Positions 7,969 to 17,761 of a stretch of DNA of 45,655 nt are shown here, one piece after another. This DNA is from Oscillospiraceae bacterium (GTDB lineage Bacteria > Bacillota > Clostridia > Oscillospirales > Ruminococcaceae), in contig JAFLUE010000001.1 in the NCBI GenBank assembly GCA_022508945.1, positions 2,861 to 48,515 on the forward strand, read 5' to 3'. Made by a program: the position numbers and the translations under genes. A model generated the notes under the pieces. The model did not search any database, was not told the origin of the DNA, and worked only from the letters and a program-made list of their open reading frames with translations. Numbering within the stretch: position 1 is the stretch's first letter; each line of letters begins with the position of its first letter.

Positions 7969-9909
7969 ATGAACGCAATATCAATTGATCTCGAAACCTT
8001 CAGCAGTATAGATCTGAAAAAATGCGGAGTATACAAATACTGCGAAAGCGCGGATTTTTGTATTCTGCTGTTCGGGTACAGTGTAGACGGCGGAGAGGTC
8101 AATGTTGTTGATCTGGCAATGGGAGAGAATATTCCCGACGAAATTATCGCCGCTCTTACTGACAATACTGTTACCAAGTGGGCATATAACGCGAATTTCG
8201 AGCGCATTGCCTTATCGCGGCATCTTGGATTGATTTGCGGGCAGTATCTCGATCCCACCGCGTGGAAATGCTCGCAGGTCTGGGGCGCATATCTCGGACT
8301 TCCGCTGTCGCTTGAGAAAATAGGCGAGGTTCTTGGACTGGAGAAACAGAAACTCAAAGAGGGAAGTAATCTGATAGATTTTTTTTGTAAGCCCTGTAAG
8401 CCAACCCGAAACAACGGCGGCAAAACACGCAATCTTCCCGAACACGCCCCCGATAAGTGGGAGCAGTTCAAAGACTATAATGTCCGTGACGTGGAAACGG
8501 AAATGCTTATACAGAAAAAGCTCGAAAAGTTTCCCGTACCCGAAGAGATCTGGGAGGAATATCACCTTGATCAGGAAATAAACGATCGTGGGATAGGACT
8601 TGATTTAAGGCTCGCGCAGGCAGCGATCGAGCTTGACAGTATTTCTCACGCGGCGCTTGAGGAAGAAGTACAGAAACAAACAGGAATACTCAATCCGAAC
8701 AGCGTATCACAGCTGAAGGCCTGGCTTTCGGAGAATGAGTATGAGCTTGAGACTCTTGGAAAGAAATCAGTTGCAGCGGCTTTAATATCAGCTCCGCAGG
8801 AGATAAGGTCCGTTCTGGAGCTTCGGCTTCAATTGGCAAAGTCAAGTGTCAAAAAATACGCGGCGATGGAAAACTCTGTATGCGGGGATATGAGGATCCG
8901 TGGGATGTTTAAGTTTTACGGCGCTAACCGTTCGGGGAGATTTGCCGGAAGGAACGTACAGCTGCAAAATCTGCCGCAGAATCATATGCCGGACCTTAAA
9001 ACGGCTCGGGAAATAGTAATCAGCAAAGACAAAGAGCTTCTGGAAATGTTGTACGGAGATGTCCCCGATACTCTTTCACAGCTTATTCGAACAGCTTTTG
9101 TACCGCAAAACGGCAGAAAATTTATTGTCGCGGACTTTTCGGCGATAGAAGCGAGGGTGCTTTCGTGGATCTCGGACGAGGAGTGGCGGACGGAGGTCTT
9201 CCGTAATAACGGCGATATTTACTGCGCCTCGGCGTCGCAGATGTTCGGGGTTCCCGTTGAAAAACACGGGCAGAATGCACATTTGAGGCAAAAGGGAAAG
9301 ATCGCGGAATTAGCTCTCGGCTATGGTGGTTCGGTGGGAGCATTGAAACAAATGGGAGCGCTTGATATGGGGCTTTCCGAATATGAATTACAGCCGCTTG
9401 TAAACGCGTGGAGAACTGCCAATCCGAATATCGTTTCCTTCTGGTGGGATGTGGATAAGGCAGTCACCGCAACAGTCAGGGAGAAAAAGCCAAGCTTTAC
9501 CCACGGAATAAAATTTACTTATGAAAGCGGATTTTTGTTTATTGTACTGCCCTCGGGCAGGCGGCTCGCGTATGTCAGACCGCGAATAACTACAAACGAC
9601 TACGGCAGACCTTCGGTATCTTACGAGGGTATCGGCAAAAACAAGAAATGGCAGCGGATCGACAGCTACGGTCCGAAATTTACGGAGAATATCATACAGG
9701 CAATATCCCGCGATATTCTGCTTTTTGCAATGAAAAATCTGCGGAAATTCAATATAACCGCGCACGTTCATGACGAGGTTATAATTGAAGCTCCGTCTGA
9801 AATACAGGTACAAACGATATGTGATATCATGGGACTTACGCCGCCGTGGGCTGAGGGCTTGCTGCTCCGCGCCGAGGGGTACGAGTGTGAGTTCTATAAG
9901 AAAGACTAA
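7969..9909 (+). CDS. Phage DNA polymerase, family A
   Basis: Exo I 'IDLET', motif A 'ADFSAIEARV', motif B 'RQKGKIAELALGYGG', motif C 'HVHDEVI'. Confidence 0.95.
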   Translation: MNAISIDLETFSSIDLKKCGVYKYCESADFCILLFGYSVDGGEVNVVDLAMGENIPDEIIAALTDNTVTKWAYNANFERIALSRHLGLICGQYLDPTAWKCSQVWGAYLGLPLSLEKIGEVLGLEKQKLKEGSNLIDFFCKPCKPTRNNGGKTRNLPEHAPDKWEQFKDYNVRDVETEMLIQKKLEKFPVPEEIWEEYHLDQEINDRGIGLDLRLAQAAIELDSISHAALEEEVQKQTGILNPNSVSQLKAWLSENEYELETLGKKSVAAALISAPQEIRSVLELRLQLAKSSVKKYAAMENSVCGDMRIRGMFKFYGANRSGRFAGRNVQLQNLPQNHMPDLKTAREIVISKDKELLEMLYGDVPDTLSQLIRTAFVPQNGRKFIVADFSAIEARVLSWISDEEWRTEVFRNNGDIYCASASQMFGVPVEKHGQNAHLRQKGKIAELALGYGGSVGALKQMGALDMGLSEYELQPLVNAWRTANPNIVSFWWDVDKAVTATVREKKPSFTHGIKFTYESGFLFIVLPSGRRLAYVRPRITTNDYGRPSVSYEGIGKNKKWQRIDSYGPKFTENIIQAISRDILLFAMKNLRKFNITAHVHDEVIIEAPSEIQVQTICDIMGLTPPWAEGLLLRAEGYECEFYKKD

Positions 9910-9923
9910 AGAAAGGAGAAATA

Positions 9924-12248
9924 ATGAAAATTGCTTTTGGAAATAAAAGAACCGCCAAGAAGTGGCGGAATGACGATATAACATGGGCGGAATTTACCGA
10001 CCGCATCAAAAACACACAGCGCACGACCGAGACTGTCGAGGAATACCGCAAAATGAAGAAAGCTCAACAGGACGATATAAAGGACGTCGGTGGCTTTGTG
10101 GGCGGACATCTGAAAGAGGGCTTGCGCAAAAAGGGTTATGTGCTTTCGCGCTCTATGCTGACGCTGGACATAGACTACGGTGAGACCACCGTGTGGGACG
10201 AGATAACAATGTTCTTCGACTTCAAGTGCTGTATTTACAGTACCCACAAGCACACTCCCGATAAACCTCGCCTGCGCCTTATCATCCCGCTTTCAAGAGA
10301 GGTCAGCGAGGAAGAATACGCGGCAGTGGGGAGAAAGATCGCGCAGGAGATCGGTATTGATATGTTTGATGACTCGACCTATCAGGCGCACCGCCTGATG
10401 TACTGGCCGTCGACCTCGTCAGACGGAGAGTTTGTCTTTGAGGAACAGGACGGCCCGCTTCTTGACCCCGACGAATATCTCGCAAAGTATGACGATTGGC
10501 ATGACGTTTCGACCTGGCCGACATCTTCTCGACAGTCGGCAGTCGTAAAGCGCAGCATCAAGGAGCAGGCGGACCCGCTTGAAAAGCCCGGAGTGGTAGG
10601 AGCGTTCTGCCGCGCTTACAGCATAAGCGAAGCGATCGAAGCGTTTCTGTCCGATGTGTACGAACCGAGCGTAATGGAAGGGCGCTATGACTACGTCCCC
10701 GCGGACAGCAGCGCGGGAGTGCAGGTCTTCGACGGTAAATTCGCTTATTCTCACCATGCGACGGACCCCGCTTGCGATATGCTTCTGAACGCGTTCGATC
10801 TGGTGAGAGTACATAAGTTCGGAAACGACGACGAGAAAAAGAGCTTTAAGGCGATGCAGGAGTTTGCGGCTTCCGATGAGGGCGTAAAGCGTCAGCTTTC
10901 GGAAGACCGCCGCGCGTCTGCGGCTGAGGACTTCGATTATGAGAGATCAGACGATATCGAGTGGGAGACAGCTTTAGAGCTGGAGAAATCCGGAGCTGTC
11001 AAGGATACTCTCAATAACCTTGTGCTGATAATTCGCAACGACAAGGGGCTTCAAAACATAGCTTTCAACTGTCACCGCGACGGGATAGACGCGCGCGGAG
11101 GGCTTCCGTGGGAGCAGATAAAGCCCGGTTGGAGCGACTCGGACTATGCGGCGCTGAAGGTGTATCTGTCACAAATATACAGCCTATATGCGCCCACAAA
11201 GACCAAGGACGCGGTGCTTGCTGTAGCGGCGGAGAGAAGCTATCACCCCGTACGGGAATACCTTGACGCGCTGCCTGAGTGGGATAAAACGCCACGTGCG
11301 GAGATGCTGCTTATTGACTATCTTGGTGCGGAAAACACTGCATATACACGAGCTGTGGCACGAAAGACACTTGCCGCGGCGGTCGCTCGCATCTATGAGC
11401 CGGGCAGCAAATTTGACAGCGTTCTTATCCTGAACGGCCCGCAGGGAATAGGTAAATCCACACTTTTCGCAAAGCTCGCAGGAGAATGGTTTTCCGATGC
11501 GCTGGCGCTTACGGATATGAAGGACAAGACGGGGCCCGAAAAGCTTCAGGGATATTGGATCTTAGAACTCGGGGAGCTTGCGGGAATGCGCAAAGCTGAT
11601 ATTGAAACAGTCAAATCGTTTATCTCAAGAGTTGATGATAAATACCGCGCCGCTTACGGATTAAGCGTTGAAAGCCATCCGCGGCAGTGTATTATTGTCG
11701 GATCCACAAACTCGGAGAACGGCTTTCTGCGCGATATTACGGGAAACCGCCGTTTCTGGCCTGTCAAGGTAAGCGCTGATTCTCCAAAAAAGCCGTGGCA
11801 GCTTACAAAATATGAGATCGAGCAGATATGGGCTGAAACGCTTGAATTGTACAGGAACGGTGAAAAGCTGTATCTTGAGGGTGCGGAGGCCGATACAGCA
11901 ATCGAGGAACAGGCTGACGCAATGGAGACCGACGAGCGTGAGGGCTTGGTACGCGAGTATCTTAATACCCTGCTTCCCGAAGATTGGCAGGATATGTCGC
12001 TGTTTGAGCGCAGAAACTACCTCGCCGAGGGTGATTTCGGCGGGGGAAAGACCGGCAAGGTACCGCGCACGAGAGTGTGTAATCTCGAAATATGGTGTGA
12101 ATGTTTCGGGCGAGAAGCGTCCTCTATGAAGTCCGCGGATTCATACGCGATAAGTGCAATAATGCAGAAGATAGAGGGTTGGGAAAAGGGCGGAACTCAG
12201 CGCTTTGGAAGTTATGGAATTCAGCGCGGATATATAAGAAAAATGTAA
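9924..12248 (+). CDS. Primase-helicase, virulence-associated E (VapE) family
   Basis: N-terminal primpol-like 'LTLDID...YSTHKH...PRLRLIIPL'; Walker A GPQGIGKST; 'FLRDITGNRRFWPV'. Confidence 0.92.
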   Translation: MKIAFGNKRTAKKWRNDDITWAEFTDRIKNTQRTTETVEEYRKMKKAQQDDIKDVGGFVGGHLKEGLRKKGYVLSRSMLTLDIDYGETTVWDEITMFFDFKCCIYSTHKHTPDKPRLRLIIPLSREVSEEEYAAVGRKIAQEIGIDMFDDSTYQAHRLMYWPSTSSDGEFVFEEQDGPLLDPDEYLAKYDDWHDVSTWPTSSRQSAVVKRSIKEQADPLEKPGVVGAFCRAYSISEAIEAFLSDVYEPSVMEGRYDYVPADSSAGVQVFDGKFAYSHHATDPACDMLLNAFDLVRVHKFGNDDEKKSFKAMQEFAASDEGVKRQLSEDRRASAAEDFDYERSDDIEWETALELEKSGAVKDTLNNLVLIIRNDKGLQNIAFNCHRDGIDARGGLPWEQIKPGWSDSDYAALKVYLSQIYSLYAPTKTKDAVLAVAAERSYHPVREYLDALPEWDKTPRAEMLLIDYLGAENTAYTRAVARKTLAAAVARIYEPGSKFDSVLILNGPQGIGKSTLFAKLAGEWFSDALALTDMKDKTGPEKLQGYWILELGELAGMRKADIETVKSFISRVDDKYRAAYGLSVESHPRQCIIVGSTNSENGFLRDITGNRRFWPVKVSADSPKKPWQLTKYEIEQIWAETLELYRNGEKLYLEGAEADTAIEEQADAMETDEREGLVREYLNTLLPEDWQDMSLFERRNYLAEGDFGGGKTGKVPRTRVCNLEIWCECFGREASSMKSADSYAISAIMQKIEGWEKGGTQRFGSYGIQRGYIRKM

Positions 12249-12512
12249 CAACTTCAGAAAGGTTGTTTACAAAATAAAGCGAAGTTGTTAACAAAAAGCT
12301 GTAAACAACTTCCTTAAAAAGTGTTAACAACTTTTGAGTTGTTACAAGAGAGTTGTTACGGCTTTACGCCGCGCTGTTAAGCCAAAATCCTTATATTGTA
12401 AACAACTGTAACAACTTTATATAGAGTATTGAAAAATAATAAGAAATAGTGGTTTTACGCACGCAAACGCGTATATACGCACGTATAGGAAAAATCGGTT
12501 ACGTTGTTAACA
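12244..12512. repeat. Putative replication origin: about 10 iteron-like TGT(A/T)AACAAC / GTTGTTAC repeats in both orientations
   Basis: Non-coding gap right after the primase-helicase, with repeated GTAACAAC, GTTAACAAC, GTAAACAAC and their complements flanking an AT-rich tract. Confidence 0.75.
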
Positions 12513-12521
12513 GGAGGTTTT

Positions 12522-12803
12522 GTGAGAGAAAAAGAGGTTGAAAAGCGCCTTGTCAATGAGGTGAAAAAACGGGGCGGGAAGTGTATTAAATTCGTTTCGC
12601 CGGGCTTTGACGGTATGCCCGACCGGCTGGTGCTGTTTCCGAATGGGCGGCTTGCTTTCGTGGAAGTTAAGAGACCCGGCGAAAAACCGAGCGAGCTTCA
12701 GATCTCGCGGCATGAGATGCTTCGGCGGCTTGGATTTCGGGTCTATGTTATCGACGACCCCGGACAGATAGGAGGTGTAATAGATGAAATATTGTCCGCA
12801 TGA
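12522..12803 (+). CDS. VRR-NUC domain nuclease
   Basis: 'REKEVEKRLV...KFVSPGFDGMPDRLV...FVEVKRPG...Q'; RBS AGGAGG before GTG. Confidence 0.9.
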   Translation: MREKEVEKRLVNEVKKRGGKCIKFVSPGFDGMPDRLVLFPNGRLAFVEVKRPGEKPSELQISRHEMLRRLGFRVYVIDDPGQIGGVIDEILSA

Positions 12804-14160
12804 ATATCAGCGGTACGCGGCAGAGTATATCGAAACTCACCTGATCGCGGCGATATTCTTGGACTGCGGACTTGGAAAAACGAGCATAACGCTTACAGCG
12901 ATCGAAAGCCTGATGCATGACCGTTTCGAGGTCGAAAAGGTACTTGTGATAGCCCCGCTGAGAGTAGCGCAGACAGGCTGGTCGGATGAGATCGAAAAGT
13001 GGGATCACTTGCACGGACTTACATACTCCGTAGCCGTGGGGACAGTTGAGGAACGGATGGCGGCGCTGAAAGCAAAAGCGGATATTTACATGATCAACCG
13101 TGAAAACGTTCAGTGGCTTGTCGAGGAGAGCGGGATAAAATTTGACTTTGATATGCTGATTATCGACGAGCTTTCAAGCTTTAAAAATCATCAGACAAAG
13201 CGGTTCAAAGCCCTTATGAAAGTTCGTCCGAAGGTTAAACGGATAGTCGGACTTACGGGTACTCCGACGGGGAACGGGCTTATGGACCTATGGGCGGAAT
13301 TCCGGCTGATGGATATGGGCGAACGCCTGGGACGATTTATCGGGCGGTATCGCACAAGTTATTTCACGCCCGACAAGCGGAACGGACAAGTTGTTTTTTC
13401 CTACAAGCCGCTGCCCGACGCCGAACAGAGGATCTACGACAAGATCAGTGATATCACAATTTCCATGCGGGCAACGGAATATCTGAAAATGCCGGAGCTT
13501 GTGACCGCGAATTATGAAGTTGAGCTGAATAAGTCAGAGCGCGGACGTTACGAGAAAATGAAGACAGCGTTGGTGCTTCAGCTGCCCGAGGGAGAGGTTA
13601 CGGCGGCAAATGCGGCGGCTCTTTCGGGAAAGCTCTCGCAGATGTCAAACGGCGCGATCTACACCGACGACGGAAGCATAACACCGCTTCACGGCCGAAA
13701 GCTGGACGCGCTTGAGGATATTATCGAGGCCGCGAACGGAAAGCCGCTGTTGATAGCGTATTGGTTCAAGCATGATCTGAAACGTATCATTGAACGGCTT
13801 TCAAAGCTACATATCCTCTACACGGCAATCGAAAGCGCTGAAAGCATAAGGCGGTGGAATAACGGAGAATTTCCCGTCGCGCTGATCCATCCCGCATCCG
13901 CGGGGCACGGGCTGAATTTACAGTCGGGGGGCTCGCGGATTGTGTGGTTCGGGCTTACCTGGAGTCTGGAGCTGTATCAGCAGACAAACGCCCGCCTCTG
14001 GCGGCAGGGACAGAAGGCCGAAACTGTGATAATTCAGCATATTGTCACAAAAGGCACGGTAGACGAGCAGATACTTAAAGCCTTATCCGAAAAAGACAGA
14101 ACGCAGGCGGCGCTGATCGAGGCGGTCAAGGCGGAGATGAGGATCGGGGGCGTTGCATGA
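12784..14160 (+). CDS. SNF2-family helicase
   Basis: 'GLGKT', 'IIDELS', 'LTGTP', 'HPASAGHGLNLQ', 'QTNARLWRQGQ'. Confidence 0.93.
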   Translation: MKYCPHEYQRYAAEYIETHLIAAIFLDCGLGKTSITLTAIESLMHDRFEVEKVLVIAPLRVAQTGWSDEIEKWDHLHGLTYSVAVGTVEERMAALKAKADIYMINRENVQWLVEESGIKFDFDMLIIDELSSFKNHQTKRFKALMKVRPKVKRIVGLTGTPTGNGLMDLWAEFRLMDMGERLGRFIGRYRTSYFTPDKRNGQVVFSYKPLPDAEQRIYDKISDITISMRATEYLKMPELVTANYEVELNKSERGRYEKMKTALVLQLPEGEVTAANAAALSGKLSQMSNGAIYTDDGSITPLHGRKLDALEDIIEAANGKPLLIAYWFKHDLKRIIERLSKLHILYTAIESAESIRRWNNGEFPVALIHPASAGHGLNLQSGGSRIVWFGLTWSLELYQQTNARLWRQGQKAETVIIQHIVTKGTVDEQILKALSEKDRTQAALIEAVKAEMRIGGVA

Positions 14161-14264
14161 AAATAGTACTATGGAGCGACTGCCACAATTTCCCGTCGCT
14201 GCCGCTCATGAAATTATCGGCGTATCACAAACAGCGCGGCTTGAAATCAACGAGAAAAGCTTAG
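14157..14264 (+). pseudogene. 35-codon N-terminal remnant of a conserved phage protein (radical-SAM-associated type)
   Basis: MKIVLWSDCHNFPSLPLMKLSAYHKQRG resembles the recalled N-terminus 'MKIGL.D.D.HNFPNL.LMKLSA.HK..G' of a longer phage protein; premature stop follows. Confidence 0.55.
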
Positions 14265-14334
14265 CGGAATATACCGCGCTGCTTGAGAAAATCAAGAGGA
14301 ATGGAACGGTAACAGGATGAAAGGAGAAAAAATA

Positions 14335-14877
14335 ATGGATGATAAGAATTTAACCGAGATCGGTGAGCAGATTGTAAAGCAGAAACGGCCTAAAAGATCA
14401 GAACAACTGCAAGTACATACCGAGCCGGGCGACAACAGGAAATACATTCAGCACTCTCTTAGATTGGCGAGTTTACCAAAGTGCGATTTGAAAAGCACAG
14501 AGAGCGTAACACAAAGGATTACGGAATATTTCGAGATATGTGCCGAGGATGATATGAAGCCTTCTGTTGCAGGCTTGGCGCTTGCTATGGATATTGACCG
14601 CCGATATTTGTGGGAAATCAGAGAGGGGCACAAAGGCAAAAATCCCGAGGTGGCAGACGCTATAAAAAAAGCGATGAAAATACTTGATCTTCAGATGGTC
14701 GATTATATGCAGAACGGCAAGATCAATCCCGTGTCCGGCATATTCCTGATGAAGAACAATTTCGGATATGCTGACAAGCAGGAAGTTGTCGTTACTCCAA
14801 ACAGCCCGCTCGGCGACGCTAAGGACACGAAAGAGCTTGAGGAGCAGTATATCGAGAGCGTAGTTGATGAGGATTAA
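14335..14877 (+). CDS. Terminase small subunit / DNA-packaging protein (P22 gp3-like)
   Basis: 'KPSVAGLALAMDIDRRYLWE...GIFLMKNNFGYADKQE' pattern. Confidence 0.75.
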   Translation: MDDKNLTEIGEQIVKQKRPKRSEQLQVHTEPGDNRKYIQHSLRLASLPKCDLKSTESVTQRITEYFEICAEDDMKPSVAGLALAMDIDRRYLWEIREGHKGKNPEVADAIKKAMKILDLQMVDYMQNGKINPVSGIFLMKNNFGYADKQEVVVTPNSPLGDAKDTKELEEQYIESVVDED

Positions 14878-15283
14878 ATACAAACGCTGTTTCGGGCTCT
14901 CTGTGGCTCTCTGTTGCGTTTTTGATATATAGGTAATGCCCTTTTATACCTAAGCATAAAAACGCAATGCAACGCAAATTTGAACGTTTTACGGAGGTGT
15001 GCAAAAATAAGACATCGGAATAGATTCGAGGAGTCGTTCTGCATTATGGTTTTATTTCGTTGTGATTTATCGTAATGTGCAATAGATAAATCTTGATTTA
15101 TCGTTTCGTCATAATTGCCAAATGCGTAAATCATAGCTTTATCACTTCGACATTTCCGCACCAACTGTACCCCGAGGGGGATATGATCGCTGTTTTGGGA
15201 GCGGGGTAGGTCTCATTACCACACTCAAAAAATAAAAAGGCTTAAAAAATTAGGATAGCGAAAAAAATTTTTTCAAAAACCTC

Positions 15284-15325
15284 TTGACAAATGTACGGAC
15301 ATATGTTATTATTTAAGTACGGACA
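15284..15325 (+). promoter_or_regulatory. Promoter with direct-repeat operator for the RHH gene
   Basis: TTGACA(15284)-17-TATTAT(15307); GTACGGACA at 15293 and 15317. Confidence 0.7.
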
Positions 15326-15345
15326 AATGAAAAGAGGTGAACGGA

Positions 15346-15525
15346 ATGTCCCCAAAAGGCAGACCAACGCAAGACAAGCGTGGAAAGCGTTTTGAAATTC
15401 GTCTTTCGGAAAGCACTTATAATACGCTTGAAGAGTGTTCCGAAAAATTGAAAATAACAAAATCGGAAGTAATTCACAAAGGTATTGCATTGGTTAAAGC
15501 TGATATTGACAAACAAAAAAAGTGA
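15346..15525 (+). CDS. Ribbon-helix-helix (Arc/CopG-like) regulator
   Basis: 'GRP...RFEIRLSES...LEECSEKLKITKSEVIHKGI'; RBS GAGGTG. Confidence 0.8.
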   Translation: MSPKGRPTQDKRGKRFEIRLSESTYNTLEECSEKLKITKSEVIHKGIALVKADIDKQKK

Positions 15526-15591
15526 GCTTATTGCACCCTGAGAAAGTAACAAATAAGCTCACCGCGACAGAAGTTTCCCTCTGTGGAATCC

Positions 15592-15621
15592 ATTATATCA
15601 TAGATGGTAGCTTCCTGTCAA
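15592..15621 (-). promoter_or_regulatory. Antisense promoter between RHH and downstream genes
   Basis: Minus strand TTGACA-18-TATAAT with TG, pointing into the GTGAGCTTATTG...CAAATAAGCTCAC hairpin at about 15522-15562. Confidence 0.55.
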
Positions 15622-15647
15622 GAGTTTTTTGAAAGGAAAAATGAATT

Positions 15648-15941
15648 ATGGATTTTAAGTTTGATCTGGAGAACGCGGCTATCGAGTTGGAGCACATCAA
15701 CCATTTGCTTGGTATTTTCAATGAGTTTGTATCTGAAGAATGCCCCGAAAAAGACAAGAACAAGCGTGACAAGGTATTGGCGGCGATGATTTTTGCCGAC
15801 AGAATGTCCTCGTTCCAGAGCCTTATTTACGCGGCACAGGATAAGATAATCGCTATGCACGACGAAATGGAAGCTTCCATTGAAAAGTATTTCTCGGACA
15901 AAAAGAAAGAAGCCGCTAAGAAAGGCGGTGACGCAGCGTGA
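15648..15941 (+). CDS. Hypothetical phage protein
   Basis: ORF with RBS, translationally coupled to the downstream antirepressor. Confidence 0.6.
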   Translation: MDFKFDLENAAIELEHINHLLGIFNEFVSEECPEKDKNKRDKVLAAMIFADRMSSFQSLIYAAQDKIIAMHDEMEASIEKYFSDKKKEAAKKGGDAA

Positions 15942-16651
15942 ACGAACTTATTGCTATTAACTACGACACCGAAAACCCGACAGTCAGCGGACGGGAGTTG
16001 CACGCGGCACTCGAAGTCAAGGAAAAGTATACGGATTGGTTTAAGAGAATGTGTGAATACAGCTTTACCAATGGTGTGGACTTCACATTGGTTTCTGTAA
16101 AATCGGAAACCAATAATCCGAAAAATCCGTACACAACTATTACTGACCACTCACTCACAATCCCTATGGCAAAAGAGCTGTGTATGCTCCAGCGCAACGA
16201 AAAGGGCAAGGAGTTCCGGCAGTACTTCATAAGGGTCGAGCAGGCTTGGAACAGTCCCGAAATGGTAATGAAACGCGCTCTGGATATCGCGAACGCGAAT
16301 GTGAAACAGCTTCAAATCAAGGTCGCGACTCTTTCTGTAGACAACGAGATAATGAAACCAAAAGCTGACTATTTTGACGAGCTTGTTGAGCGCAACACGC
16401 TGACAAACTTCCGTGAAACCGCCAAACAGCTTGATGTTAAAGAAAAGTCGTTTATCAATTTTCTGATAGACCACAAGTACATCTATCGCGACAAGCGCGG
16501 AAAGCTTATGCCCTACGCGGACAAAAACAATGGCTTGTTTGAAATTAAAGAGTGTTTCAATGAGAAAACGCAGTGGAGTGGCACTCAGACACTTGTAACT
16601 CCTAAGGGCAGAGAAACATTCAGGCTGTTAATGTTAAAAGCCACGGCATAG
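15938..16651 (+). CDS. AntA/AntB-family antirepressor with C-terminal ANT domain
   Basis: 'PTVSGRELHAALEV...WFKRM...MAKELCMLQRNEKG..FRQYFI.VE'; C-terminal 'KPKADYFD...TLVTPKG'. Confidence 0.9.
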   Translation: MNELIAINYDTENPTVSGRELHAALEVKEKYTDWFKRMCEYSFTNGVDFTLVSVKSETNNPKNPYTTITDHSLTIPMAKELCMLQRNEKGKEFRQYFIRVEQAWNSPEMVMKRALDIANANVKQLQIKVATLSVDNEIMKPKADYFDELVERNTLTNFRETAKQLDVKEKSFINFLIDHKYIYRDKRGKLMPYADKNNGLFEIKECFNEKTQWSGTQTLVTPKGRETFRLLMLKATA

Positions 16652-16779
16652 TAAATCAAATAGAGCCGTCGTGAGTGGCGGCTCTGATCTGCCGAGGATT
16701 GCTAAAAAAAAAAATACGAAAACTTATTGACAAATTTCGTAATTGTGATATAATTACATCGGGAAAGAAGGACTATGCT

Positions 16780-17541
16780 ATGCGAAATGTTGTTGCGTAT
16801 ATCCGTGTGAGTACGGACGGACAGTTCGGAGACGACAAGTTCGGTCTTGATGCCCAGCGGGAACAGATCATCAACTATTGCGCAAAAAATGATATGAATA
16901 TCCTGAAATGGTATTCGGACGAGGGAGAAAGCGGCGCAAAGTGCAGACCGGGCTTTGACGAGATAATCTACGGCGAGGTCACAAACCCTCCTTATGAGGC
17001 GGTTGTTGTGGCAAAGTCCGATCGTGTTGCGAGAGACATCAACGTTTATTTCTATTATCAAGGAACGCTGCTTCGTAAAAACATCGAGCTTATCAGTATC
17101 TGCGAGGATTTTGGTCAGTTCGGTGTTTTCGCAAACGCGCTCAAAATGTTCACTCTTACCTGCGCGGAAATGGAGAGGGAGAACATCAACAAGAGAACGA
17201 GCGCGGGTAGGAGTATTAAATCCGCAAGAGGCGGTTACAGCGGCGGCAGACCGCCTTACGGATACAGAGCGGCGAACCACAGCCTTGAAATTGTTTCCGA
17301 CGAGGCGGAGATAGTCAGAACGGTTTTTCGTATGAAGGATACCGAGGGTAAGACCTATAAGAACATCTGCGATTATCTCAATTCTCTCGGAAAAACCAAT
17401 CGGAGCGGCACAAAATTCTCAATCAGCACTGTACAGGTCATCTATGAGAACAAGAAAGTCTATCAGGGCTTTTACAGATACGGAAAGAACGCGGAATGGG
17501 TAAAGGGCGTTCAGGAACCGATATTGCGAGGAGAACGATGA
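16780..17541 (+). CDS. Serine recombinase (resolvase + recombinase domain, no Zn ribbon)
   Basis: 'YIRVST...Q...DEGESG..RPGF...KSDRVAR...ERENI..RT..GR...GRPPYGY'; own promoter TTGACA(16727)-16-TATAAT(16749) overlapped by TACGAAA/TTTCGTA inverted repeat. Confidence 0.9.
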   Translation: MRNVVAYIRVSTDGQFGDDKFGLDAQREQIINYCAKNDMNILKWYSDEGESGAKCRPGFDEIIYGEVTNPPYEAVVVAKSDRVARDINVYFYYQGTLLRKNIELISICEDFGQFGVFANALKMFTLTCAEMERENINKRTSAGRSIKSARGGYSGGRPPYGYRAANHSLEIVSDEAEIVRTVFRMKDTEGKTYKNICDYLNSLGKTNRSGTKFSISTVQVIYENKKVYQGFYRYGKNAEWVKGVQEPILRGER

Positions 17542-17553
17542 AGGAGGCTTATC

Positions 17554-17754
17554 ATGAAAGAAACAAACCCCATGTTCACGAAAAGCGGCATTTGGCTCTG
17601 GATATTATGCGCTCCGCTTGCTTTGGTAATTGCAGCCGTTTATGAATCAAACAAGAGCTATTCGGCAAAGGAAGCAAAACGCCGAAAAAAGGAGTTCGAG
17701 TTCAGGAAGAAAAACCCCGAATTTTATTGTTGGTGGGATGACCAAGGATTATAA
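17554..17754 (+). CDS. Small membrane protein
   Basis: RBS AGGAGG; one TM segment followed by a basic tail. Confidence 0.6.
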   Translation: MKETNPMFTKSGIWLWILCAPLALVIAAVYESNKSYSAKEAKRRKKEFEFRKKNPEFYCWWDDQGL

Positions 17755-17761
17755 ATAATCG

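Noticed and set aside
16780-17541. Serine recombinase as the prophage integrase
   Set aside because: It lacks the Zn-ribbon/coiled-coil region and is far from the att end; the arm-type repeats and ssrA target point to a tyrosine integrase outside the window
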